From NCBI GenBank assembly GCA_964291215.2, contig OZ219791.1:2944001-3008000 (forward strand): a stretch of DNA of 64,000 nt, written 5' to 3'. The first letter of the stretch is position 1, and each line of letters starts with the position of its first letter. Position numbers and translations under genes: made by a program. Below, one piece after another: positions 10,583-20,741 of this stretch. This DNA comes from Alphaproteobacteria bacterium. GTDB lineage: Bacteria; Pseudomonadota; Alphaproteobacteria; MPNO01; UBA830. Under the pieces are notes generated by a model. The model was not told where the DNA came from. It searched no databases and saw nothing but the letters and a program-made list of their open reading frames with translations.

Positions 10583-12964
10583 TCAGATCCTGCCGAGCGC
10601 CTTTAACACCACTTCCGGCGTCATCGGCTGTTCGGTCACCCGTCCTGCGGTGAGCGGGCGGATGGCGTCGTTCACGGCGTTCATGACCACGCCCGGCGCG
10701 GCCCCGGTGCCCGATTCGCCAACGCCCTTGGCACCGAGTTCCGATTCGCTGGTCGGCGTTTCTACATGAGCGACAACGATGTCCGGCATTTCGCCGGGCA
10801 TCGGCGTGATGTAGTCGGCCATCGTGCCGTTGCAAAGCTGACCGTTCTCGTCATAGATGCAGTGCTCGTAGAAGGCGCCGCCGAGACCTTGGACGGCGCC
10901 GCCCCGCACCTGCTCGTCGGCGAGTAGCGGGTTGATGATGCGCCCGCAGTCCTCGACCACCCAGTGCCGAAGGTGGCGTATCCAGCCGGTATCGGGATCG
11001 ACTTCGACCAGGGCGCCGTGAATCCCGTTGGTGAAGATGTAAGGCAGATCCCGAAGCCGGTAGCGTCGCGTGTGCGAGAGCACCGGCTGGTAGTCGTTCG
11101 GAAGCTCGCCGAGCTGGAAATGCCCGATCCGTCCGATTTCGGAAAGCGCGATGCGCGGAACGTCCGAACCCGCGTCGACGACGCTGCCGTCGACGATGTC
11201 GAGCGCCTCCGGGTCCGCCTGAAGGAGGTGGCCCGCCATCACCAGTATTTCGCGGCGAAGATCGAGCGCCGCCTGGTAGGTTGCCTCGCCGCCGATCGCG
11301 GTGGCGCGCGACGCGTAGGTGCCGCCGCCATACGGCACCGCGTCAGTGTCGCCGGAAATCGCCCGCACCTGGTCCTCTGATACGCCGACGGCGGCGGCGG
11401 CGATCTGCTCCATGACCGTGTCGACGCCCTGGCCCTGATCGGTCACTCCGAGATGAACGAGAATCCCGCCCGAGGGCTCGAGCTTGACGGTGGTCGCGTC
11501 CTGGGCGGCGATGCGTGCGCCTCCGGCCCCGTAATAGCCCACCGGGCTGGGCGCCGTGCCCTTGATGAAACCGGCAATGCCGATGCCGCGCCATATGCCC
11601 TTTTCGCGCAGCGCCGCCTGCTCGGCGCGGAGCTCGTCATATTTCATCAGCTCGCAGAGCCGCTTGATGCAGGCCTGGTGGGAAAGGTCCTTCATCGTGA
11701 TGCCGGCGCCGATCTCGCGCGGATAGGAGTCGTCTTTCATCACGTTCCGGCGCCTGATCTCGACGGGGTCGAGGCCGGTGGCTTCCGCTGCCATGTCGAT
11801 CATCGATTCACCCACCGAAATCCCGATGGGGTGGCCGACGGCGCGATACTGTGAGGTCGGCACGGCGTTGAGATAGACCACGTTTGCCTTCGCGCGGTAG
11901 TTCGGGTGACTGTAGGGTCCGAAGGTGATGTTGAGAATCTGGTTGGCCTCGAAGACGCTGGTGCGCGGGTACTGCGAGTAGGCACCAATGCCGGCGAGCA
12001 CATCGATCTCCGCAGCGGTCATCGTGCCGTCCTTCATGACCGCGATCTTCGCCTTCACGCGGTTCTCGCGGGCATGGATGTCGGAAACGAAGGATTCCAG
12101 CCGGTCGGCAACGAACTTGACCGGACGGGCAAGTTTCATGGCCGCGGCTGCGGTCGCCACCTCGTCGCCGAAGGTGTGAATCTTCAGTCCGAACGAACCA
12201 CCGATGTCAGGAGCGACAACCCGGACATTGTGTTCGCCGAGTCCGAGCGTGCTCGCGAACACGGTCTGGATCATGTGTGGGCACTGGCTCGACGTGTGCA
12301 TCGTCAGCCGCTCGGTTCCAGGATCGTACTCGGCCAGCAGCACACGGGGCTCGAGGCTGACCGCGGTGTGCCGTCCGAAGTAGAATGTCTCTTCGAGGAT
12401 GTGGTCGGCGTTCCTGAAGGCTTCGTCGGTATCTCCGGTGTCAATCAGCTTGTCCCACGCAAGATTGTCTCCGAGCGCGGAGTGAATCGGCTGCGTGTCG
12501 GGATCAAGCGCTGTCTCCTTGTCAATGACGACATGAAGTTCTTTGTATTCGACTTCGACGAGCTCCGCCGCGTCCTCGGCGTGGGCGCGGGTTGCGGCAA
12601 CGACCATTGCCACCGGTTCGCCGTGCCAGCAGGCGCGGTCCACGGCTATGGGATATTGCGGCGCGGCCTTCATTCCGGGGAAGACGGTCAGCGTTCCGAG
12701 CCACGGCCCGGTGCACATCTTCGCGAGTTCGCTTCCGGTCATGACCAGCTTCACGCCGTCGGCTGCTTTGGCCGCCGCGGTGTCTATGGAGAGGATCCGC
12801 GCGTGGGCGTAAGGGCTGCGCACGAACGCTGCATGCAGCGTGCGCGGCGGCGTGATGTCGTCGGCATAGCGAGCGCGGCCGGCGACCGCGCGCCGTGCGC
12901 GGGCGCGGGGGAGGGTGCGCCCGATATAGGAATTCGGCCGTTCATAGGGGTGAATGAAGTTCAT
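10583..12964 (-). CDS. Xanthine dehydrogenase/CoxL-family molybdopterin-binding large subunit
   Basis: RSPYAHARI, GGSFGLK, GQGVDT, GGGTYASR and GAKGVGESG; active-site loop QYRAVGHP. Confidence 0.92.
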   Translation of the reverse strand: MNFIHPYERPNSYIGRTLPRARARRAVAGRARYADDITPPRTLHAAFVRSPYAHARILSIDTAAAKAADGVKLVMTGSELAKMCTGPWLGTLTVFPGMKAAPQYPIAVDRACWHGEPVAMVVAATRAHAEDAAELVEVEYKELHVVIDKETALDPDTQPIHSALGDNLAWDKLIDTGDTDEAFRNADHILEETFYFGRHTAVSLEPRVLLAEYDPGTERLTMHTSSQCPHMIQTVFASTLGLGEHNVRVVAPDIGGSFGLKIHTFGDEVATAAAAMKLARPVKFVADRLESFVSDIHARENRVKAKIAVMKDGTMTAAEIDVLAGIGAYSQYPRTSVFEANQILNITFGPYSHPNYRAKANVVYLNAVPTSQYRAVGHPIGISVGESMIDMAAEATGLDPVEIRRRNVMKDDSYPREIGAGITMKDLSHQACIKRLCELMKYDELRAEQAALREKGIWRGIGIAGFIKGTAPSPVGYYGAGGARIAAQDATTVKLEPSGGILVHLGVTDQGQGVDTVMEQIAAAAVGVSEDQVRAISGDTDAVPYGGGTYASRATAIGGEATYQAALDLRREILVMAGHLLQADPEALDIVDGSVVDAGSDVPRIALSEIGRIGHFQLGELPNDYQPVLSHTRRYRLRDLPYIFTNGIHGALVEVDPDTGWIRHLRHWVVEDCGRIINPLLADEQVRGGAVQGLGGAFYEHCIYDENGQLCNGTMADYITPMPGEMPDIVVAHVETPTSESELGAKGVGESGTGAAPGVVMNAVNDAIRPLTAGRVTEQPMTPEVVLKALGRI

Positions 12965-13036
12965 CCCGCATCTCTTTCTGTGTTCAGGGTCGGCAGAAGA
13001 GGCTGCCGGGGCCGCAAGGGGCAGATCGGTTCGGGC

Positions 13037-13519
13037 CTATACCGCCAGCCGCCTGTTGTTGACGGTCTCGATCGCATCGATGATCGCGTGGTAGCCGGTA
13101 CAGCGGCAGTAATTGCCGGACATGAAGTCGCGGATCTCTTCCCGGCTGCGGGGTTCCGCGGTCGCCAGCAGTTCGGCTGCGGTCATCAGCATGCCCGGTG
13201 TGCAGTATCCGCATTGCAGCGCGTTGCGCGACACGAACGCGTCCTGGAGATCGCCGATTTCGCCGGAATCCGTCAGACCCTCGATTGTCGTGACGTCCGA
13301 GCCGTCGCATTGCACAGCCAGAATCAGGCAGCCGCGGACCACCGCGCCGTCGACGCGCACCGAGCAGGCGCCGCAGATGCCGTGTTCGCAGCCTAGATGG
13401 GAGCCTGTGAGCCCGAGTTCACCGCGCATGAAATCCACCAGATGCTGGCGCACCGGAACCGTGCGGGTCATCGACTCGCCATTGACCGTCATGGTCACTG
13501 TCGTCAGGGCTTCGCTCAT
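13037..13519 (-). CDS. 2Fe-2S small subunit (CoxS-like) of the molybdenum hydroxylase
   Basis: GCEHGICGACSV, QCGYCTPG and NYCRCTGY. Confidence 0.95.
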   Translation of the reverse strand: MSEALTTVTMTVNGESMTRTVPVRQHLVDFMRGELGLTGSHLGCEHGICGACSVRVDGAVVRGCLILAVQCDGSDVTTIEGLTDSGEIGDLQDAFVSRNALQCGYCTPGMLMTAAELLATAEPRSREEIRDFMSGNYCRCTGYHAIIDAIETVNNRRLAV

Positions 13520-14388
13520 GCCGCACCTCCGGCGCGGGCCACCGCCGCGTCCATGACCCGTCCGGTGAGGACCTTCTGGAGATGCATCTTCATGGCTGGG
13601 CTTCCGGAGAGGTTGGCCATCGGGTCGAGATCGCCTTCGAGCGCTTCCGCGACGGTCTGTTTCGTCTCCTTGGACCAGTTCCGTCCGGTCAGCGCGGCAA
13701 CTGCGCCCTTGCCGACCACCGGCCTGTCCTCGCTCGCGAAATAGACCAGCCGCATCTCGTCGACCCGGAGGCCTGACAGGGTCCCGTAGGCCGCAAGCCC
13801 GGCGATCGCAAAATCGCCGCGGCGGCGCGACAGTTCCATGAACACCGACACGCTGCCATCCTTCTGCGCCGGTATGCGAACCTCGGTGAGGAGCTCGGTG
13901 TCCCTGCGCGCGGTCTCGTAAAGGCCCAGGAAGTAGTCTTCGGCGGCGATCTCGCGGGTTCCGGCGGTGCTCCGGACAATGATGGTGGCACCCAGTGCGA
14001 GGATGCAGGCTGGCATCTCGGCTGCCGGATCGGCAAGAGCGATGCTGCCGCCGAACGTGCCGCGGTTGCGTACCGCGACATGGGCGACATGCGGCATCGC
14101 TTCGGCGATCAGGGGCAGGCGGTCCTTCACGATGTCGGATTTCAGGACCTCGGCATGGCGGGCTAGCGCGCCGATACGCACCGTGTCACTGTCGATGCCT
14201 ACGCCCCCGAGCTCATCGAGCCGGTTGATGTCGACGAGGATTTCGGGGCGCGAAAGGCGCATGTTGAGGGTCGGCATCAGGCTCTGGCCGCCGGCGAGGA
14301 TACGCGCTTCGTCGCCATGCCGATCGAGTAGATCGAGAGCGTGGGCGACGCTTTCGGCGCGCACATATTGGAACTTCGGCGCTTTCAC
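13516..14388 (-). CDS. FAD-binding medium subunit (CoxM-like) of the molybdenum hydroxylase
   Basis: ILAGGQSLMP, VRNRGTFGGS, ADPAAE and RRRGDFA; ATGA overlap with the small subunit. Confidence 0.95.
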   Translation of the reverse strand: MKAPKFQYVRAESVAHALDLLDRHGDEARILAGGQSLMPTLNMRLSRPEILVDINRLDELGGVGIDSDTVRIGALARHAEVLKSDIVKDRLPLIAEAMPHVAHVAVRNRGTFGGSIALADPAAEMPACILALGATIIVRSTAGTREIAAEDYFLGLYETARRDTELLTEVRIPAQKDGSVSVFMELSRRRGDFAIAGLAAYGTLSGLRVDEMRLVYFASEDRPVVGKGAVAALTGRNWSKETKQTVAEALEGDLDPMANLSGSPAMKMHLQKVLTGRVMDAAVARAGGAA

Positions 14389-14517
14389 GCAGGTCTCCGT
14401 TGGTGGGGTTCAGCGGAAGGCGGATATTCCCACCTGTGCCGCCGTTGTGCAAGGGGCCTTTTGGCTGCCGGCGCGTCGCGATATGCTGGAACAGCGACAG
14501 GTAGGGAGGCGCAGCAG

Positions 14518-15411
14518 TTGGAAATCCGAAGGCACGGCCGCTACGACTATTCGCCGATTGTCGATCGTCCCGACTACAGTTGGCCTGACGGCGGCCGACT
14601 GGCGGTGTATTTCGGGCTGAATATCGAGCATTTCAGTTTCGGCGAGGGTCTCGGCCATACACCGACCTCTCCCGGCCCCGAACCGGATGTCCGCAACTAT
14701 GCGTGGCGCGACTATGGGTTGAGAGTGGGGATATGGCGCATCTTCGACCTGTTCGACGATCTCGACCTGCCGCTTTGCCATCTCATGAACACCGCCATCT
14801 ACGATTACGCGCCCCAGATTCCGGCGCGCATCCGCGAGCGCGGAGACGAGTTCATTGGGCACGGCCGCACGAATTCGGAGGCACAAGGCGGCTACGGTGA
14901 AGACGAGGAACGGCAACTGATTGGAGAGGCTACAGCTGCCTTCAGAGAGCATGAAGGCCAGGGCCCGGGAGGTTGGATGGGGCCGTGGATTTCGGAAAGT
15001 TCGGTCACGCCGGATCTTCTCAAGGAGGCGGGATACAGCTACGTCATGGACTGGTCGGCGGACGATCAGCCCTTCTGGATGCGCACGCGTGCCGGCCCGT
15101 TGCTCGCGATTCCCTATCACATCGAGATCAACGATTCGCCGGCCCAACTCACGCGGCGCCACACACCGGACGATTTCACGCGCATGGTGACGGCCCATTT
15201 CGACGAGCAGCTTCGCCAGAGTGCGAACCAGCCTCTGGTCTTCAGCCTGGCCCTCCATACATTCGTCGTCGGGCAGCCCTATCGTCTGGCCGGGCTTCGC
15301 GACATCCTGCAACATATGAAGAATCATCCTGAATCGGACCGCATCTGGTTCACGCGGCCGCGGGATATTTTCTCCCACGTTTCGGCGTTGCCCGAGGGCA
15401 CGATAGCCTGA
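14518..15411 (+). CDS. Polysaccharide deacetylase family protein (PuuE allantoinase-like)
   Basis: WPDGGRLAVYFGLNIEHF, WRDYGLRVGIWRI, GHG, DDQPFW and LALHTFVVGQP; TTG start after GGGAGG (start inferred). Confidence 0.85.
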   Translation: MEIRRHGRYDYSPIVDRPDYSWPDGGRLAVYFGLNIEHFSFGEGLGHTPTSPGPEPDVRNYAWRDYGLRVGIWRIFDLFDDLDLPLCHLMNTAIYDYAPQIPARIRERGDEFIGHGRTNSEAQGGYGEDEERQLIGEATAAFREHEGQGPGGWMGPWISESSVTPDLLKEAGYSYVMDWSADDQPFWMRTRAGPLLAIPYHIEINDSPAQLTRRHTPDDFTRMVTAHFDEQLRQSANQPLVFSLALHTFVVGQPYRLAGLRDILQHMKNHPESDRIWFTRPRDIFSHVSALPEGTIA

Positions 15412-15676
15412 AGAGGACGCCGCGCCGTCCGGTGGTACGGTTGTCGGCCGGGCACCGTCCAGGAGCCGCCCCGCAAGCGGGGGACACGTCCGGTGGTGGT
15501 TTATCCTCCGTGGTCGAGCAATGCGCCGCTGTCCGTGTCGTCCGTTGACCCGGATGCTCTTGCTCCGACCAATTGACGCATGCTGCGACCGTCACGGCAT
15601 AAACCGCATATGGCCTCCTGTATTTTGAGCATCCGGCTGGTATCAAGCGTTGCCGGCGCTCCTGCAGGGACCGGTC

Positions 15677-16684
15677 TCACCTTCCTTCATAGAGGTCGCG
15701 GCCGGCGACCAGTGCGCGGATCTTGCCGTCCGCGACCGAACGCGGAAGGAGCCAGAAACCGCAGTCGGGATGGACATATCTCACGCGGCCGGAGCCGATC
15801 ACCCTTTCGGCGCGCTCGATGGCGCGCGCGATCTCGTCAGCAGTCTCGATGACTGTCGACTTGATATCGACAACACCCAGCCCCATGCCGATCCCGGGGT
15901 CAAGATCCCGAAACACCTCCAGTTCGTCTTCCGGCCGCCGGCGCGTTTCCATGATTATGTGATCGACATGCAGTGCGTTGAGGTAATCCATCAGATCCTT
16001 CCAGCTACCGTCCTGCACTCGCTGCCCGCCGTAATTCCCGAAACAGAGATGCACCGCCGGCTTGCCGCCGATCGCATCGAGCACCAGATTGAGCGTCTCG
16101 GCGGCCCACTTCCATTCCTCTGGGGTGCCGGGAAGGTTGGCTTCATCGACCTGGATGACGTCGGCAACGACATGGGCCGCCTGTTCGGCCAGGATCTCGG
16201 CGATCGCGCGTGCCAATGCCGGCGTATCCCCGTAGTAGCGGTTGACGAGGGTCTTGGCGATCATGTGGGGGCCGGTGAAGGTGAACTTGAACGGCTTCGT
16301 GGCGAGCGCGCGGGCGCGGGCACAGGCACCCGGCAGGTCCAGCGTGCCATGGCCGATGGCCCCCTCGGCCACGCCCGGTGGACGCGTCCGGTAGTCCATG
16401 CCGGCCTGCGAGCGATAGGCGATGACCTCGTCGAAGGTCGGCGTGTTGCGGATGCCGCTCATCGGCCCGGTGAAATACTCGATCATGCCGTTGGTTTCGG
16501 GATGGTCGGGATCGAAGCGGTAGAGCTCTCCATCGGCGACGAGATCGATCCCCGCGTTTTCCTGGACGGCGACAACCGAGCGCGTCGCGTCGACGACCGC
16601 TTCGTCGGACGCCGAATGCAGGAGCCATGAAGGAAACGGGTAGCTTCCGACCACGGTGGTCAGGATGCCGGTCGAGGCTGCCAT
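15677..16684 (-). CDS. Cobalamin-independent methionine synthase II family protein (single-barrel MetE core)
   Basis: TTVVGSYPFPSWL, ADGELYR, IQVDE; zinc ligands VHLCFGN and HPDCGF. Confidence 0.85.
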   Translation of the reverse strand: MAASTGILTTVVGSYPFPSWLLHSASDEAVVDATRSVVAVQENAGIDLVADGELYRFDPDHPETNGMIEYFTGPMSGIRNTPTFDEVIAYRSQAGMDYRTRPPGVAEGAIGHGTLDLPGACARARALATKPFKFTFTGPHMIAKTLVNRYYGDTPALARAIAEILAEQAAHVVADVIQVDEANLPGTPEEWKWAAETLNLVLDAIGGKPAVHLCFGNYGGQRVQDGSWKDLMDYLNALHVDHIIMETRRRPEDELEVFRDLDPGIGMGLGVVDIKSTVIETADEIARAIERAERVIGSGRVRYVHPDCGFWLLPRSVADGKIRALVAGRDLYEGR

Positions 16685-16763
16685 CGGGCGATTACTCCGG
16701 TCTCTTGTGTGCAAGACGGCCACGGTAACACGGCGCTCGCGGCCTGTCCTGCGCCGCCAGCGG

Positions 16764-17957
16764 TCAGATGACCGCCCTTGTGCGCAGGCTGGCGATATCG
16801 TCTGCCGAATAACCGTGCTCCTCAAGAATGCTGTCCGTGTCTGCGCCGTAATCGGGTGCTGCCGCTGCCCCGTCGGCATCGCAGCGGTTCGGCGTACGCG
16901 AGAGATGAAGGGGTTGCCCGACGACCTCGATCTCGCCAAGCCGGTGCGACAGGATTTTTCGTGCAATCCCCGTATGCCGGATCTGCGGATCGGAAAAGGT
17001 CTGGTCCATCGCATAGACAGGCCCGCAGGGTATGCGTTCGGCATTGAGGCGCTCGATCCAGTGGGCGCTGGTCGAGAGCATGGTCACGTTCTCGATCTCC
17101 GTAATCAGAGCCGGCCGGTTGGCAAAGCGGGCGTCGAATGTTGCGAACCGTGGATCCTCGACAAGATTCTCAAGGCCGAGAGTCTTGCAGAAACGCCCCC
17201 ACATGTTCGGCATCGGCGCCATGTTGATGTGCCCGTCGCTGGTCCGGAACGTTCCCATCGGTGCGATCGTAGGATGATGCAGCCCGGACTGGGGCGGAAC
17301 TTCCCGGTCCATCAGCCAGCGCGCGGCCTGGAAGTCCATCAGATAGATCTGGGCCTCGACAAGCGAGGTCTGTATCCACTGCCCGCGGCCCGACCGTTCG
17401 CGTTCATAGAGTGCAAGCATGATACCGTTGGCGCACAGCAGCCCGGCGGTGAGATCGCTGATGGCGGCGCCGGAACGCATCGGCCTCGAGCCCGGTTCGC
17501 CGGTTACCGTCATGTGTCCGCCCATTCCCTGGGCGATCTGGTCCAGGCAGGGCCGATTCGCGTAGGGGCCATCCTGTCCGAATCCGGAAATGCTGCCGTA
17601 GACGATTCGCGGATTAAGTCCGTTCAGCGTTTCATAGTCGACGCCGAGCCGGTACTTCACGCCGGGGCGCATGTTTTCGACGACGACATCGGCCTTTCGC
17701 ACCATACGGTAGAAGACATCACGGCCGCCGTCGGACTTGAGGTCCAGCGTCATGGACAGCTTGTTGCGATGGAGGTTCTGGAAGTCCGAGCCGTCGCGGC
17801 GGCCGAGATCCGCGCTGTCGGGAACTCCGGGTTCCTCGATCTTTATGGTCTTGGCGCCCCAGTCGGCGAGCTGGCGCACGGCCGCGGGGCCGGCGCGGGC
17901 GCGGGTCAGATCAAGCACCGTGATGTCTGAAAGGATCTGCTTGCCGGTCATGGGCAT
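16764..17957 (-). CDS. Class III CoA transferase (CaiB/BaiF)
   Basis: VLDLTRARAGP, LADWGA, HRNKLS, VENMRPG, SISGFGQDGPY and AISDLTAG. Confidence 0.93.
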   Translation of the reverse strand: MPMTGKQILSDITVLDLTRARAGPAAVRQLADWGAKTIKIEEPGVPDSADLGRRDGSDFQNLHRNKLSMTLDLKSDGGRDVFYRMVRKADVVVENMRPGVKYRLGVDYETLNGLNPRIVYGSISGFGQDGPYANRPCLDQIAQGMGGHMTVTGEPGSRPMRSGAAISDLTAGLLCANGIMLALYERERSGRGQWIQTSLVEAQIYLMDFQAARWLMDREVPPQSGLHHPTIAPMGTFRTSDGHINMAPMPNMWGRFCKTLGLENLVEDPRFATFDARFANRPALITEIENVTMLSTSAHWIERLNAERIPCGPVYAMDQTFSDPQIRHTGIARKILSHRLGEIEVVGQPLHLSRTPNRCDADGAAAAPDYGADTDSILEEHGYSADDIASLRTRAVI

Positions 17958-18474
17958 CAAGGCTCCGTTTGCAGTGTGAAAGAGGTTTATCCTATCTGGG
18001 TCCCGGCTGAAACCCGGCAGGTCCCGCTGGTCACGGGCGGGTTCCCGCTCCCGGTTCCGCGGGACAGCCCATGCAGCGGTGCGGGCGACCGATTCCCGGC
18101 GCGAGCCGCAATCGCCGTTCACGGTGATCCCACGCTGCTAATCCGGCGGCGACTGGCGAGATTTTTCAGTTTGCGTCGCGCTGCAATCGTGCCGCCAAGG
18201 CTCGATGGGGCCTTTTTGGCACGAAAATTGCGATCAAGGAGGCGATCTGTGATGAGCCGAGCCCCAAAGCATCCGGATTACGCGTCTCCGAATTAGCATG
18301 GGATCGTCGTGATCGCCGTTGCGAGGCTGCTGCCGAGTCGCACCGGCCATGCTATACAAGCGACTTCGGCAAGCTCTATCTTGGATGTCTGGAATTGAGA
18401 TCCCGCATTCTCCCCTGCGGTGACGCGGAGAAAACGTCCTGCACGGGGTCGCGGGCCGCTGGCGGGTTCGGCTG

Positions 18475-19689
18475 ATGGCGCGGCGCCCCGACCGGTCGTT
18501 TCCATGGCAGAGTCAGGCTCCCGTCTACGGTACCGCTTTCTTCACCGGCAACCTCTTTCCCATGAGTCACGTGGTCATGCCGCTGTGGGCTCTGGACCTC
18601 GGCGCGTCTCCGATCATGGTCGGGATCCTGGTCGCAAGCCGTCAGGTGCTGCCGGTCCTCCTTTCGATCCATGGCGGCGTCCTCCTCGACCGTTTCGGCC
18701 CGCGCAACGTGATCATGCTGTTCGGCGCTGTCGGTACAGTCGCGACCGTGTTCTTTCCCGTCCTGCCGTTCCTGTGGGTTGCCATCATTCTGCAGATGAT
18801 TGTCGGGTTTTCGGAAACCACGAGCTGGATCGGCGCGCAGGCTGCGGTCGGAAAAACCCTCGAGGGCCGGGCGGTATTTGCCGGGAGAATGACGGCTGCT
18901 GCGCGTGCGGGCGGATTCCTCGGCCCCTGGCTGGTTGGCGTCGCATGGGTGCATTGGGGCGCTTTCGGGGGGTTCCTGTTCTTCGCATGCTGGTCTATGG
19001 GCGGGGTCGTTGCCTCGTCGTTCCTGCCGCGCGTGACGAACTTGACGGCGGCACCCAAGCCGGGGCGCGGCTCCGATATCATGCCAAGGGTCTCCGACTA
19101 CAGAGAGACGCTTCGCATGCTGGCGCTGACGGCGATCGCCCTGGTAATCGCAGCAACCTTCCTGCGGCAGACGGCGTCCGGAATCCAGGCTTCTTTTTAC
19201 GCCGTCTGGCTGCGCGAGATCGGATTGACGGCGGACAGGATTGGCCTTCTGGTCGGCATCGGCAACGTCGTATCCGCGTTGACGGCGCTCAGTATCGGGC
19301 CGCTGACGCGATGCATAGCTGATTACTGGTTGCTGATAGTGGCAGTTGCGGCCGCGATTGTTGGTATCACGGTCACGCCGCTGATCGAGGGCTTCGTCCT
19401 TCTGGCCGTTGCAATGGGAGTTCGCGGTGCCGGCCAGGGGCTGAATCTTCCCCTGATGATGTTAATCGCGGCCCGTACGGTCGCTCCCCGGTTGCTGGGC
19501 CGCGTGACCGCGCTCAGGGTTTCATTCAACCGTCTCGGCAATGTCGTTTTTCCGGTTGTCATGGGCGGCTTGGCCGAACTGATCGGCCTGGCAAACGCCT
19601 TCTATACGGTCGGCGGCGCAGGCGTGTTGCTGCTCTGCGTGCTTTCTGTCTGGGTGCTGCGGACACGGGATCGCCTTGGCGGGCGCTGA
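18475..19689 (+). CDS. MFS transporter
   Basis: About 12 hydrophobic segments; GGVLLDRFGPR motif A. Confidence 0.88.
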   Translation: MARRPDRSFPWQSQAPVYGTAFFTGNLFPMSHVVMPLWALDLGASPIMVGILVASRQVLPVLLSIHGGVLLDRFGPRNVIMLFGAVGTVATVFFPVLPFLWVAIILQMIVGFSETTSWIGAQAAVGKTLEGRAVFAGRMTAAARAGGFLGPWLVGVAWVHWGAFGGFLFFACWSMGGVVASSFLPRVTNLTAAPKPGRGSDIMPRVSDYRETLRMLALTAIALVIAATFLRQTASGIQASFYAVWLREIGLTADRIGLLVGIGNVVSALTALSIGPLTRCIADYWLLIVAVAAAIVGITVTPLIEGFVLLAVAMGVRGAGQGLNLPLMMLIAARTVAPRLLGRVTALRVSFNRLGNVVFPVVMGGLAELIGLANAFYTVGGAGVLLLCVLSVWVLRTRDRLGGR

Positions 19690-20040
19690 TGACGCCGCCG
19701 CGATTCGCGCCGTGAACCCCGGCACGTGTTGGCGGAATTTGCCATTTCCGGAATTACCGGCGCCGCGAGGGTTTAGGGCATGGCCCCGGGATGATTGCCG
19801 TTGAGGCTTGCATCGAACGGGTTTGGTGCAGGTGATTTCTGTCGCGAGAAACAGGCGGATACACGGTCTGGCGAGCGTGGGGGCTCTCCGTCGACGCCGC
19901 CATGGTTATCTTCGATGCGGCCCCGGGCCGCCCGCGGGATAGTGCTGACCAGCGGCGAAGCCCCATCGCGTGTGTCCCGGAGCGCGACGCCGGTGTGGCA
20001 GGGCCTCGATCTTCCGCTCCATGCTCGGAAGGAGATGGCG

Positions 20041-20262
20041 TTATTCTGCGGGCCCTGCCAACGCGTCGCGGTTGCGCAGGAAGATGCAGCTGAAATCCTC
20101 CCAAATCGCGAGGAGCGACGGGACCACTAACAGGGCGAGCAGGCTGATGGCCATCAGGCCGAAGGCGATCGCCATCGCGATCAGGAATTGGGCTTGCAGG
20201 TCGGTCTCGAACAGGATCGGGGTGAGGCCGCCGATTGTCGTCAGCGAGGTTGTCCGGGCCAG
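20041..20262 (-). pseudogene. C-terminal fragment of an RND (AcrB-family) efflux permease
   Basis: Not in the ORF track. Manual translation gives TTSLTTIGGLTPILFETDLQAQFLIAMAIAFGLMAISLLALLVVPSLL, matching the last two TM helices of RND permeases. Stop at 20041. Confidence 0.75.
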
Positions 20263-20456
20263 ACTGACCTCACACTGTGGCAGCTAAATCAAAGACATCA
20301 AAGACAAAAGGCGCCTGAGTGCCCCTGGATAGGATTGTCACCGGATGGCGGCAACCCTACATCGCACACGGGGTACGGAAGCGCCGAAGGCGCGCGCAGA
20401 GCCTGTTTCCGGCCTTGGCCGGACGTGCCGACAACCTACTTCAGGGGCTGTTATGG

Positions 20457-20483
20457 TTCACCAACATGGTGTAATGTGGTGAA
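20457..20483. promoter_or_regulatory. Inverted repeat upstream of the RHH gene, candidate operator
   Basis: TTCACCA(ACAT)-GGTGTA-(ATG)TGGTGAA. Confidence 0.45.
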
Positions 20484-20536
20484 GGCAACTACGGGACCGT
20501 GGTGCTATGGACGGACGTAAGGGAGACAGGCAGAGC

Positions 20537-20707
20537 ATGAAACCCGAAGGGACGGCATCTGTGCGCGCGTCGATCAGCTTCCCACCGGATCTCTATGAGG
20601 TTCTGGAACAGCTCGCCAGGCAGAAGAAGGTATCGCTGGCCTGGGTTGTCCGGGATGCGGTCGAGCGGTACGTCGCCGAACAAAAAGAACAGTCGGAGCA
20701 GGAATGA
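20537..20707 (+). CDS. Ribbon-helix-helix (CopG-like) regulator
   Basis: SVRASISFPPDLYEVLEQLARQKKVSLAWVVRDAVERYV; alternative start at 20507. Confidence 0.85.
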   Translation: MKPEGTASVRASISFPPDLYEVLEQLARQKKVSLAWVVRDAVERYVAEQKEQSEQE

Positions 20708-20741
20708 AGTTTGAAACGGCACAACAGATGGAGAACCGTAG

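Noticed and set aside
10583-14388. Aerobic CO dehydrogenase (coxMSL)
   Set aside because: Lacks the AYxCSFR motif, and no coxDEFG accessory genes are adjacent.
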